From contig CAVYNH010000007.1 in the NCBI GenBank assembly GCA_963769885.1, positions 288,001 to 352,000 on the forward strand: DNA of 64,000 bases. The letters are read 5' to 3'. This stretch comes from Methanobacteriota archaeon. GTDB taxonomy: Archaea; Thermoplasmatota; E2; DHVEG-1. The stretch's first letter is position 1; each line of letters starts with the position of its first letter. The notes under the pieces are model-generated. The model was given only the letters and a program-made list of their open reading frames with translations. It ran no database searches and was not told where the DNA came from. Positions 1-9,975 of this stretch are shown here, one piece after another. The translations under genes were made by a program, and so were the position numbers.

Positions 1-3000
1 GGGTCGGTGAGGTTGACGTAGTCGAAGGGTCCGTAGGTGTCTTTGAGGGTGCAGATGGTCATGGTGGCGTTGGCGCTGCCGGTGAAATTAAAACCTGAGA
101 TGAGGTCGGTGTTGTTAGCATTATCGACGGTCCAGATACTGTAGTTGTAGGCGCCGGTCTGCCAGGTGTCATCGAAAATGTAGGTGTAGTCGTAGGGGGT
201 GAGCGTGTCATTGACCATGGAGACGTTACGGTAGGTAGTACCATCGGGGGAGGTGATGTTGACTTTGATTGTCTTGAGGCCGCTTTCGTTGTCGATGAGG
301 TCGGCGGCGATGGTGATCGGTTCCCCGGGTCCTACTCGGTTGGGCAGGGAGAGTACTTGCGTGAAGTCGGGGACGTCGAGTTCGACCCAGATGGGGTGGG
401 TGACGTTATGGCTGTGTCCTTCAGTGTCGTGGACGGTGAGGGTGACGTTGTAGATGCTGGCGTTGGGGTAGGTATGGGTGGTGTTTTGGGTGTAGGAGTA
501 GGTGCCGTCGCCGAAGTCCCAGGTCCAGTCAGTGATGTTGTATTTGCCGGCGGAGGTGTCGTTGAAGATGACTTGTTGGCCTGGTTTCCAGTCGCCGGTG
601 GCTTGGAAGTTGGAGTTGAGGATGAGGACGGTGATGTTCTGGGAGCAGTTGAGGTACTCGTTATCGGGGGTGTGGATGCTGACGTTGATGGTGTAGGTAC
701 CGGGTTGGGTGTAGGCGTGGCTGGCGTTCTGGTCGTGGGAGATGTTGCCGTCGCCGAAGTCCCAGGTCCAGGTGAGGTTGCCTCGGGTTTCATGGTCGAT
801 GGTGACCTCGGGTGAAAGGCCGGAGCAACTGGTCGTTTGTCCCACGGCGACAGTGTGCAAGGTGAAGTCGTTGAGAAGGGTGGGGTCCCAGTTGTTGTAG
901 GCTCCGTCAAAAATCGAGCGGACGTGAACGGTACAATTAGTCCAAGGACTTATCGAGTCGGGGCTGAGGATGTGGTCTTTGACGTGGACGGAGACATTGT
1001 AGGTGCCGCCGAGACGCCATGATTGTGTGAAAGTGTCTTGTCCGTTGAAGCTTGGTCGCCAGCGGGTATAGTGGTCTTTGTATCCATTTATGCTTCTGGT
1101 TTGGTATCGCCATTGGAACCAGAGTAAGGGGTCGCTGTTGGGGTCGCTGCATGTGGCTTGGAAGGGGAATTCCTCGTTTCGGTCAAGCTCTCCGGTTGGT
1201 GTATTGGTGATGTTGGGTTTTTCGGGTGGGTCGTTGACGGGTGCGAGGTAGATGTGTGAGAGGGTGTAGTAGTCGTCTGCGTAGCATCCGTCGTCCCATT
1301 TAACATGATCGGGGTCGTCGATGTCTCCAGTGAAGTTGAAAAGAAAAACAGCGAGGTCGTAGTACCCTTTGGGTGCGCTTTGCGGCGGCATGGTTCTGAG
1401 ATAGCCGTCGATTCCGTCTGGTGTGCTGGTGTAGATGGCGTTTTTCTCGTACCGTTTTAGGACGGGATGATCTTCGGAGGTAAGGATGGTCCTGACTTTG
1501 GTATAGTCGTGAGGTCGGTCGGTGTCGATATGATAGGAGACGTTGACGGCGTCAGGGTCGTTGTTGTTGTCATATTGTGAGTCGGTGAGGGTGATGTCTG
1601 GGTCGCCGGCGAACCAAGCGTTGGAGGCGATGGTGAGGTACTTGGTGACGTTGAGGATGAGTTCAGCGGTCGCGTTGACCTCAACGGGGTTGAGGTTTTT
1701 TACGACGTCGCCTTCGGTGTGGTTGTTGCCATCGCGGTGATGCATCAGCCATTTCCCGGGGGGAAAGGAGACGTTTTCCTTGATGAAGCAAAAGACGCGA
1801 TGAAAACCGCTGTAGAAAGGATAGTTGTCGCTTAAATAGACAGGGCTTCTTTTTCCTGTCTCCTGCGTCTTGAGTGCAGTGGTGTTGTTTACGAGTGTGG
1901 TGAACTGGGTGTCGTCCGCGATTGTTTTTATGGTCTGGTTATAGCCTGGGTGGTTGCTGAAGATCCAGAGTGCTGGGGGTGGGTTGGTTTGCTGGTAGGC
2001 GAATTGGTTCAAGTCGATGACAATCGGGATTTGACCTGTGATGACTTCGTCCCAGTGCATTTTGTGGTAGGCGTAGGCTCCGTGGAGGCCTGCTTCTTCT
2101 CCGCTGAAGGCGACGAATCGGAGGTTGTACATCGGTGTGATGTTGTTCTCTTTGTAGTAGCATGCGATGGCGAGCATGATGCCGATGCCGACCGAGCTAT
2201 CTGCGCTTGCTTGGCATTGCTTCCCGTCGTAGAGGCAGCCGATGATGATGTTTTTGTATGGGTTGGTTCCGTTGATTTGGCCGATGACGTTCCAACTATC
2301 GACGCTGTCATTCCAGTATTGTTCGATACTGTAGTTGATGCGGTAGTTTTCGATGTTTCTGATGATTTCTTGTCCTTGTTTGCCGGTGATGTAGATGACG
2401 GGCAGTGGGTAGTATTGGGGTTGATCGGTGTTGAATGTATCATTGTTGTGGTCGTAGAGGATGAGGCCTCGGAAGCATGGGTGCCTGCTCCATATCATCA
2501 TTTCAAAGAACCGTGCCTGTTTGAGGAAGAACTTACATAATATTTGTGCTAGAGGGCGATTGTTTTCATCGAATCGATTGTAAAGGTGTTGTAGAAATTG
2601 TTCCCCATAATATTTTTCCGGGTCTGGATTAAAGGAGGGATCTTCAGCGATGAAGACGAAAGGCTCTGAGCAGTTGCAGCCACATCCTGACCCGATATCA
2701 TCAGATAATCCAGGTATCCTCTCAAGCGCTAGGGAGAGATTGGTGAATGCTTCCTCGAATGTGATGCCCCATGCATTTTGGATCCGCTCGATAATGCAGG
2801 CTATCAAATTGAGCAGGCTTTCGTTATTGAGGTTGTATTTTTCGATATGATCGATGATGTCGAGGAGTAATTTACTTAGGTTTTCATAGACGTGCCAGGG
2901 TTTTTCATATATATTTAGGTTGGTTTCCTTGAAGGTCGTAGACAATGTGTCTCTGGAGTGATTTTCAAGGAAAAAGCCGAGGGATTCTAACATTGTATGG

Positions 3001-3455
3001 TTCCATCGAGGTGCAATATGACTTTCATTAGTTATGTTAATCCTGGTAATGTTTTGAGTTGTCAGATTAATAAGTGTTAAATTATGACTTATTATTTGCA
3101 GGTCGTCATCAAAGTTATAAAGATGAACACTTGATCGATAGAGGGGTGAAGATTCGTTTGGGAGTTTTTCAGTCGTCGTCCATAGGCCTATTTCATTCAT
3201 CCAAGTTATAATACTGTCTCTTGCTACGATTTCCCCATCTGTTCCAAAATATCTGCCTTGAGGATTGTCTTCAATAATTCTTGAAAGAGCTTCTATTACA
3301 TCGTTAATGTAGGGTGTGTTGAGTGGGATTTCCTCTTCTTGCTCTGGTTCAGCCATGACCGTGAGTTCATGCGGCATTCTTACGACAATAAGTGTGTTCA
3401 TAATCATCGTCAAGCCTAGCAGTAATCCTATCGCCTTGATTGTCTTCTTATTCAT
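1..3455 (-). CDS. Large secreted M28-like peptidase with PKD/Ig-like domains (3' end runs off the window)
   Basis: Not in the ORF track (no stop inside the window). Read manually from ATG 3455 (GGAGG upstream): MNKKTIKAIGLLLGL signal-like N-terminus, NVIGQINGTNPYKNIIIGCLYDG, FVAFSGEEAGL, then WDFGDG PKD motifs. The same frame is open at position 3; the intervening frame was sampled, not fully translated. Confidence 0.8.
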   Translation of the reverse strand, partial: MNKKTIKAIGLLLGLTMIMNTLIVVRMPHELTVMAEPEQEEEIPLNTPYINDVIEALSRIIEDNPQGRYFGTDGEIVARDSIITWMNEIGLWTTTEKLPNESSPLYRSSVHLYNFDDDLQIISHNLTLINLTTQNITRINITNESHIAPRWNHTMLESLGFFLENHSRDTLSTTFKETNLNIYEKPWHVYENLSKLLLDIIDHIEKYNLNNESLLNLIACIIERIQNAWGITFEEAFTNLSLALERIPGLSDDIGSGCGCNCSEPFVFIAEDPSFNPDPEKYYGEQFLQHLYNRFDENNRPLAQILCKFFLKQARFFEMMIWSRHPCFRGLILYDHNNDTFNTDQPQYYPLPVIYITGKQGQEIIRNIENYRINYSIEQYWNDSVDSWNVIGQINGTNPYKNIIIGCLYDGKQCQASADSSVGIGIMLAIACYYKENNITPMYNLRFVAFSGEEAGLHGAYAYHKMHWDEVITGQIPIVIDLNQFAYQQTNPPPALWIFSNHPGYNQTIKTIADDTQFTTLVNNTTALKTQETGKRSPVYLSDNYPFYSGFHRVFCFIKENVSFPPGKWLMHHRDGNNHTEGDVVKNLNPVEVNATAELILNVTKYLTIASNAWFAGDPDITLTDSQYDNNNDPDAVNVSYHIDTDRPHDYTKVRTILTSEDHPVLKRYEKNAIYTSTPDGIDGYLRTMPPQSAPKGYYDLAVFLFNFTGDIDDPDHVKWDDGCYADDYYTLSHIYLAPVNDPPEKPNITNTPTGELDRNEEFPFQATCSDPNSDPLLWFQWRYQTRSINGYKDHYTRWRPSFNGQDTFTQSWRLGGTYNVSVHVKDHILSPDSISPWTNCTVHVRSIFDGAYNNWDPTLLNDFTLHTVAVGQTTSCSGLSPEVTIDHETRGNLTWTWDFGDGNISHDQNASHAYTQPGTYTINVSIHTPDNEYLNCSQNITVLILNSNFQATGDWKPGQQVIFNDTSAGKYNITDWTWDFGDGTYSYTQNTTHTYPNASIYNVTLTVHDTEGHSHNVTHPIWVELDVPDFTQVLSLPNRVGPGEPITIAADLIDNESGLKTIKVNITSPDGTTYRNVSMVNDTLTPYDYTYIFDDTWQTGAYNYSIWTVDNANNTDLISGFNFTGSANATMTICTLKDTYGPFDYVNLTD

Positions 3456-3593
3456 CCTTCATAGCCTCCAGAATACGAAACAATATGGTGGTTTAAAAGG
3501 TGAACGTGGGATCGGTGAAACTATTCAAAACGGTGAAAAAACAGAAGTAGCTTTAAATAATAAAAATAACATATATTGTCCAGGGCCTTGATT

Positions 3594-5186
3594 ATGGGCA
3601 GAGAAAAAAACCTCCTCATTCGAATACTTGTTCGATTGTTCATTCTCTCCCTCTTTATCATGCCAATCTCCGCGGTGGGCGTTCAACCCCCTTCGGATGC
3701 GGGTGGCGGCACGGCTGCGGAACGAAACGGTGGCCTCTTGGATTCCGCGTGGCCAATGTTCCACCATGATGCCAAACATACCGGGCAAAGCCCGTATGCA
3801 CCAACTGGAAACTGGCGTATAGAAAAATGGAAAGTCAAGATGACCTGGGGGATTACCGTCTCTTCCCCAGCTATTGACAAGAATGGCACACTTTATATCG
3901 GGTCCAATAATGAAGGCTACTTGTACGCAATCTATCCCAATGGGACAATCAAGTGGCTTGTGGATATCGGCAGCACAGTCTCTTCTCCTGCAATTGGAAA
4001 TGACGGCACAATCTATACTGGATCGATGCGCGGCTACCTTTATGCAATCATGCCTAATGGAACCGAGAAATGGAAAACAGATATTGGAGCAACCTATTCC
4101 TCACCCGTTATTGGTACGGGCGGTATTATTTATATCGGTGATACTGACAACGGCTACTTACACGCCATCGCTCCCAACGGGACGACTATCTGGAAATACC
4201 AGACCAATGCCTGGATCTACTCCTCGTCTGCCATTGGCGACGACGGGACCATTTATATCGGTTCCAATGACCGGTTCCTCTACGCTATCAATCCAAACGG
4301 GACCTTACAATGGAAATTCAGCACAGGTGATTACGTCCAATCAGCACCAAGCATCGACACCAACGGCAACATCTACTTTGGATCCTGGGATGGATATCTC
4401 TACAGCCTCAATCCAAACGGAACACTCCGATGGAAGCACTATGTCGGCACGACAGAAGTCACCCCAGCCATCGCACTCGATGGGACAATCTATATCGGTG
4501 ACCTTGATTACTGTCGACTCTATAGCTTTACCCCAAATGGCACACTAAATTGGTACTTCGAGGCTCAGGGTCATATCTATTCATCACCCTCTATCGATGC
4601 CAATGGGGCGATCTACTTCGGCTCATACAATCATGATCTATATGCACTCAATAAAAATGGCACGCTCCGATGGACATTCCATGTGGCTGACGAAGGCATC
4701 AAATCCTCACCAGTCATCGTGGAAGATGGCACAATCTACATCTCCGGAGAATTCCCCCCTTCAGGATCTATCCCTCCATATTCATTCCTCTACGCCCTCG
4801 GGTCAATCAACGACACCCGACCAACCCTCCCCTCCATCGTGGGCAATCAAACCGGCCACGTCCGTAGAACCTACACCTACACCATCACCGCCACCGACCC
4901 GGACAACAACACCCTCTCCTACTACATCGACTGGGGCGACGGTACCACCACCAACTGGACCAGTCCCACACCCTCTGGCCAGAGCATCATCCAATCCCAC
5001 ACCTGGCACAAGCGCGGCACCTACACCATCAAAGTCAAAGCCCGGGACCAATACCTTTGGGAGACCGATTGGGCCAACCTCACCGTGAAGATGCCGTACC
5101 AACCACCCCAATTCCCTCTCATTCACTGGTTCCTGAACCGATTCCCTAACGCCTTCCCCTTGCTCCATAGAATCTTTGATCAATAA
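3594..5186 (+). CDS. Secreted PQQ-like beta-propeller repeat protein with C-terminal PKD domain
   Basis: Signal peptide; WPMFHHD; repeated SSPAI..DGTIY.GS...YLYA.NPNGT.KW blades; YYIDWGDG PKD domain. Confidence 0.85.
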   Translation: MGREKNLLIRILVRLFILSLFIMPISAVGVQPPSDAGGGTAAERNGGLLDSAWPMFHHDAKHTGQSPYAPTGNWRIEKWKVKMTWGITVSSPAIDKNGTLYIGSNNEGYLYAIYPNGTIKWLVDIGSTVSSPAIGNDGTIYTGSMRGYLYAIMPNGTEKWKTDIGATYSSPVIGTGGIIYIGDTDNGYLHAIAPNGTTIWKYQTNAWIYSSSAIGDDGTIYIGSNDRFLYAINPNGTLQWKFSTGDYVQSAPSIDTNGNIYFGSWDGYLYSLNPNGTLRWKHYVGTTEVTPAIALDGTIYIGDLDYCRLYSFTPNGTLNWYFEAQGHIYSSPSIDANGAIYFGSYNHDLYALNKNGTLRWTFHVADEGIKSSPVIVEDGTIYISGEFPPSGSIPPYSFLYALGSINDTRPTLPSIVGNQTGHVRRTYTYTITATDPDNNTLSYYIDWGDGTTTNWTSPTPSGQSIIQSHTWHKRGTYTIKVKARDQYLWETDWANLTVKMPYQPPQFPLIHWFLNRFPNAFPLLHRIFDQ

Positions 5187-5359
5187 AAGAGAAGAATCGG
5201 CGTGGTAACACAAGCCAGAGTCAACCTTAAAAAAGGCAGGCACTGGCGTGATTCTAAATATTTTACTTAAAACGGGCTCGTTCAAATCTGATTGAGGAAA
5301 AAGGGGAATGCGTTTTAAACCTCCAGAGACAGTTTAATAAATCTCACGGACGATTCATT

Positions 5360-6934
5360 ATGGGGGAAAGTACTTTGTGGCAGCCTAGAACAATATTGAT
5401 TCTTGTAACGTCCCTGCTTATTCTTCCATCCATCTTACCTGCGACTCCGACGAGTGGTGAAACATTATCTGATGGTCTTCTGGATTCCGCATGGCCGATG
5501 TACTGCCATGATACCAGGCATACCGGGAGAAGTCCGTATGCCCCAAGTGGGAACTGGCGCATCGAAAAATGGCGATTCAAATCGACCTGGGACATATTAT
5601 ATTCCTCCCCCACCATCGATAACAATGGCACGATATATGTTGGATTATGTGGAGAACACTGCACAGTTGCTATTAACTCGGATGGATCTGAAAAATGGCG
5701 AGCTAGTACCGGGGGTGTCGAGCATTCTTCACCCGCTATTGGAATTGACGGGACAGTGTACATCGGCACAATAGCAGGAAGACTCTATGCGATTAACACG
5801 AACGGCACAATCAAATGGTGGATTTCGCTTGGAAGCGGATGGGCATCCTCCCCTGCTATCGACAACGACGGTATCATCTACTGCCCTGTCTCAGATAGTT
5901 ATCGGCTCGCCGCAGTCTTCCCCAACGGAACCATTAAATGGTATTTCCACGCGCAATCCTATATCTTCACTGACCCAACTATAAGCGACGACGGCACCAT
6001 TTACATCGGCTCCAATGACGGATATCTCTACGCCCTCAACCCGAATGGTACTATGCGATGGAAATTCTATGGCGGCGGGACAAAAGGCGTCGCCTCTGCC
6101 TCCATCGCAGACGATGGAACAATCTATGTCGGGAGCACGGGAGGTTATCTCTATTCCCTTGCTCCTAATGGGACACTTAATTGGAAGGTCTACACCGGCT
6201 GGATTGGCGGATCGACCCCAGCAATCGCCGCAGACGGAACCATCTACGTCGGCGACCAGACACACTACCGACTCTATAGTATCGCTCCCAACGGGACCTT
6301 TAATTGGGCCTTCCAAACCGGCAACGACATCATGTCATCACCAGCCATTGATGCCCATGGGACTATCTATTGTGCCTCATGCGACGGCAACCTCTATGCA
6401 CTCAATAAGAATGGCAGCCTCCGCTGGGCATTCCATGCCCATGGCGATATCCAATCCTCACCTGTCATTGCCGAAGACGGCACTATCTACATCTCCGGAT
6501 CTTTTGCAGGATCAGGATCTACACCTGACTATTCATACTTATATGCTTTAGGCACCATGAACGACACACAACCCACCCTGCCAACCATTACCGGCGATGC
6601 AACCGGTCACGTCCGACGGACCTACGACTACACCATCACCGCCACCGACCCGGACAACGACACCCTCCAATACTACGTCGACTGGGGCGACGGCACCTTC
6701 ACGAACTGGACCACCCCGTCACCCTCCGGACACCCTATCACACAATCCCACACCTGGAAGAAACGAGGAACCTACACCGTCAAAGTCAAAGCCCGGGACC
6801 AATACCTCTGGGAAACCGACTGGGCCAACCTCACCGTCAAGATGCCGTACCAGCCGCCGCGGTTCCCAATCCTACATTGGCTCCTGGATCGGTTCCCAAA
6901 TGCCTTCCTGCTCCTCCACACAATCTTCGGATAG
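5360..6934 (+). CDS. Secreted PQQ-like beta-propeller plus PKD protein, tandem paralog of the previous gene
   Basis: Same architecture; near-identical C-terminal region (KVKARDQYLWETDWANLTVKMPYQPP). Confidence 0.85.
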   Translation: MGESTLWQPRTILILVTSLLILPSILPATPTSGETLSDGLLDSAWPMYCHDTRHTGRSPYAPSGNWRIEKWRFKSTWDILYSSPTIDNNGTIYVGLCGEHCTVAINSDGSEKWRASTGGVEHSSPAIGIDGTVYIGTIAGRLYAINTNGTIKWWISLGSGWASSPAIDNDGIIYCPVSDSYRLAAVFPNGTIKWYFHAQSYIFTDPTISDDGTIYIGSNDGYLYALNPNGTMRWKFYGGGTKGVASASIADDGTIYVGSTGGYLYSLAPNGTLNWKVYTGWIGGSTPAIAADGTIYVGDQTHYRLYSIAPNGTFNWAFQTGNDIMSSPAIDAHGTIYCASCDGNLYALNKNGSLRWAFHAHGDIQSSPVIAEDGTIYISGSFAGSGSTPDYSYLYALGTMNDTQPTLPTITGDATGHVRRTYDYTITATDPDNDTLQYYVDWGDGTFTNWTTPSPSGHPITQSHTWKKRGTYTVKVKARDQYLWETDWANLTVKMPYQPPRFPILHWLLDRFPNAFLLLHTIFG

Positions 6935-7145
6935 AGAATGATATTTTCTACGCTTTGAGAGGTAGTGCGACAGTATCATAGACGAGATGACCACGGTCCT
7001 TGCCAAAGTGGTAACATAGTTCGGAGATTCACCCCGTTCCGCCGATTTTAAATCTAATAAATAACAAATATCAAAAGACCAACGGATAAACCCTTCAGCG
7101 TAACCTTAAAATCAACAACCCCATTGCAGGAGACGGGAAAACACT

Positions 7146-8285
7146 ATGGACTTCACGCTCACCCCACATCAGCAACAGTTCCAAGCCATGGTCTGCGAGT
7201 TCGCCAACAAAGAAATCAAACCCCTCGCCGCCAAGATCGACAAAGAAGAATACTTCCCCTGGGACCTCTACAAAAAAATGGGCAAACTCGGCCTTATGTC
7301 CATGACCGTCCCCAAGGAATACGGCGGCGCCGGTATCGACCGCATCAGCTACATGATCGCCCTCGAAGAAATCAGCCGCGTCTGCGGCTCCACCGGCATC
7401 ACCGTCGAAGCACACAACTCACTCGGCGTCGGCCACATCTACGAAAAAGGCACCGAACAACAACGCAGAAAATACCTGCCAAAACTGCTCACCGGCGAAG
7501 CCCTCGCCGCCTGGGCCCTCACCGAGCCCAGCGCAGGTTCTGACGCCGCCGGCATGAAGACCACCGCTGTTCTTGAAGGCGACCACTGGGTCCTCAACGG
7601 CACTAAGCAATTCATCACCAGCGGCGACCTCGCCCTCGTCACCACGGTCATGGCCAAGACCGACAAGACCAAGGGTGCCAAAGGCATCAGCGCCTTCATT
7701 GTCGAAAAAGGCACCCCAGGCTTCAGCGTCGGCGTCACCGAGGACAAACTCGGCCTGCGCGGTAGTCACACCGTCGAACTCATCCTCGAAAACTGCAAAG
7801 TCCCCAAGGAGAACCTTCTCGGCGAAAAAGACCTCGGCTTCGTCGGCGCTATGGGCATCCTCGATCGCGGCCGCACCGCCATTGGCGCCATGAGCGTCGG
7901 CATCGCCCAAGGAGCTTTCGATGAGAGCCTCCAATACGCCAAAACCAGAGAACAATTCGGCAAACCCATCGGCAAGAACCAGGCGATCCAATGGATGCTC
8001 GCTGACATGGCCACCGAAATCGACGCCGCCAGACTCCTCGTCTACCGCGCCGCCTACCTCGAAGATCAACACCAGTCCTTCGGCATGGAAGCAAGCATGG
8101 CGAAACTCTTCGCCAGCGGCATCGCCATGAACGCCACCCGAAACGCCATCCAGATCCACGGCGGCAACGGCTACATGCGCGACCTCCCCCTCGAGCGCTT
8201 CTACCGCGACGTCAAACTCTGCCAGATCGGCGAGGGAACCAGCGAAGTCCAACGCATGGTCATCGCCCGCCGCCTCGGACTCTAA
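7146..8285 (+). CDS. Acyl-CoA dehydrogenase (short/branched-chain type)
   Basis: ALTEPSAGSD, LNGTKQFIT, KLGLRGS, REQFGKPI, IQIHGGNGY, IGEGTSEVQR motifs. Confidence 0.93.
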   Translation: MDFTLTPHQQQFQAMVCEFANKEIKPLAAKIDKEEYFPWDLYKKMGKLGLMSMTVPKEYGGAGIDRISYMIALEEISRVCGSTGITVEAHNSLGVGHIYEKGTEQQRRKYLPKLLTGEALAAWALTEPSAGSDAAGMKTTAVLEGDHWVLNGTKQFITSGDLALVTTVMAKTDKTKGAKGISAFIVEKGTPGFSVGVTEDKLGLRGSHTVELILENCKVPKENLLGEKDLGFVGAMGILDRGRTAIGAMSVGIAQGAFDESLQYAKTREQFGKPIGKNQAIQWMLADMATEIDAARLLVYRAAYLEDQHQSFGMEASMAKLFASGIAMNATRNAIQIHGGNGYMRDLPLERFYRDVKLCQIGEGTSEVQRMVIARRLGL

Positions 8286-8322
8286 AAAAGAAACACAACA
8301 GAACCACGAAGGTGAACCACCA

Positions 8323-9975
8323 ATGGTACAGCCCCAGTGCGAGCCCAGTCTCACTAAAAAGGACCGCTACGAAGAACTCTACAAGAACTTCACCTGGAAG
8401 GTCCCCAAGCATTACAACTTCGGCTTCGACGTCGTCGACCAATGGGCCGAAGACCGCACCAAACTCGCCCTCATCTCCATCGACAAGGCCGGCGAACAAC
8501 CCCGCTACCACACCTTCTACGACCTCAGCGTCCAATCCAACCAATTCGCTAATATCCTGCGCAACCTCAACATCACCAAAGGCGAACACGCCCTCGTCAT
8601 CCTCCAAAGCATCCCCGAATGGTACATCAGTCTCATCGGCATGTTCAAACTCGGCGTCATCGCCATCCCCGGCACCGTCCTGCTCACCACCAAAGACATC
8701 GAATACCGCGTCAACCGCTCCGGCGCCGTCATGGTCGTCACCGACCTCGACCATGCAGACAGAGTCGACGCCATCAGAGCCAAATGCCCCACCCTCCGCC
8801 ACGTCATGCTCATCGACGGCAAACGCGACGGCTGGCTCAACTTCTCAGAACAGATGAACACAGCATCCCGTGCCCTCCCCCAAAAAGAGATCGGCAAAAC
8901 CCTCGCCACCGACCCCATGCTCATCTACTTCACCTCCGGCACCACAGGACACCCCAAGATGGTCCTCCACACCCACAGTTATCCCTTAGGCCATGAGGTC
9001 ACCGCCCGCTTCGCCCAAGGCCTCACCAAATGCGACCTCCACTGGACCGTCTCCGAGACCGGCTGGGCGAAGGCCGCCTGGGGCAAACTCTTCGGCCAGA
9101 TGATCGTCGGCGCCGCCATCATCCAATGGGAGACACCAGGCCGCTTCGACGCCGACGGACTCCTCAGGATGATGGAGAAATACGGCGTCACTACCTTCTG
9201 CGCACCACCCACCGTCTACCGCATGCTCATCCAGATGGACCTCACCCAATACACCCTCAAACTCAGACACTGCATGAGCGCCGGCGAACCCATGAACCCC
9301 GAGGTCATCCGCGTCTGGAAAAAAGCCTTCGGCCTCGAAATCTACGACTTCTACGGCCAGACCGAGACCGTCTGCGTCCTCTCCAACTACCCCTTCATGC
9401 CCATCAAATACGGCAGCGTCGGCAAACCCACCCCAGGACATGACGTCCGCATCGTCAACGACGAAGGAACCGAACTCAAACCCAACGAAGTCGGCAACAT
9501 CTGCCTCTACATCGGCGACGTCAGGCCACCCGGCCTCTTCAAAGAATACTGGAAAGACCCAGAACTCATGCAACGCGTCTTCCGCGGCCCCTACTACTAC
9601 ACCGGCGACCAAGGCTACAAAGACGACGACGGCTACTTCTGGTTCGTCGGCAGAGACGACGACGTCATCAAATCCAGCGGCTACCGCATCGGCCCCTTCG
9701 AAGTCGAATCCGCATTAATCGAACACCCCGCCGTCGCCGAATGCGCCGTCGTCGGCACCCCAGACCCTGACGGCGTCCGCGGCATCGTCGTCAAAGCCTT
9801 CGTCGTCCTCGCCAAAGGCTACAAACCCTCAGACACCCTCACCAAAGAACTCCAAGACCACGTCAAAAACACCACCGCCCCCTACAAATACCCACGCATC
9901 ATCGAATACATGGACGAGCTGCCAAAAACCATCTCAGGGAAGATCCTGCGCCGAGAACTCAGGATGAAAACTTAA
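8323..9975 (+). CDS. AMP-forming acyl-CoA synthetase (acetyl/medium-chain type)
   Basis: YFTSGTTGHPK, YGQTET, YYTGD, GRDDDVIKSSGYRIGPFEVE, LPKTISGKI. Confidence 0.92.
   Translation: MVQPQCEPSLTKKDRYEELYKNFTWKVPKHYNFGFDVVDQWAEDRTKLALISIDKAGEQPRYHTFYDLSVQSNQFANILRNLNITKGEHALVILQSIPEWYISLIGMFKLGVIAIPGTVLLTTKDIEYRVNRSGAVMVVTDLDHADRVDAIRAKCPTLRHVMLIDGKRDGWLNFSEQMNTASRALPQKEIGKTLATDPMLIYFTSGTTGHPKMVLHTHSYPLGHEVTARFAQGLTKCDLHWTVSETGWAKAAWGKLFGQMIVGAAIIQWETPGRFDADGLLRMMEKYGVTTFCAPPTVYRMLIQMDLTQYTLKLRHCMSAGEPMNPEVIRVWKKAFGLEIYDFYGQTETVCVLSNYPFMPIKYGSVGKPTPGHDVRIVNDEGTELKPNEVGNICLYIGDVRPPGLFKEYWKDPELMQRVFRGPYYYTGDQGYKDDDGYFWFVGRDDDVIKSSGYRIGPFEVESALIEHPAVAECAVVGTPDPDGVRGIVVKAFVVLAKGYKPSDTLTKELQDHVKNTTAPYKYPRIIEYMDELPKTISGKILRRELRMKT

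Noticed and set aside
59-2540. Long S/T/P-rich and V/G/D-rich ORFs here and throughout the window (e.g. 36125..37711, 37969..39420)
   Set aside because: Shadow frames of real genes, produced by the extreme third-position C bias.
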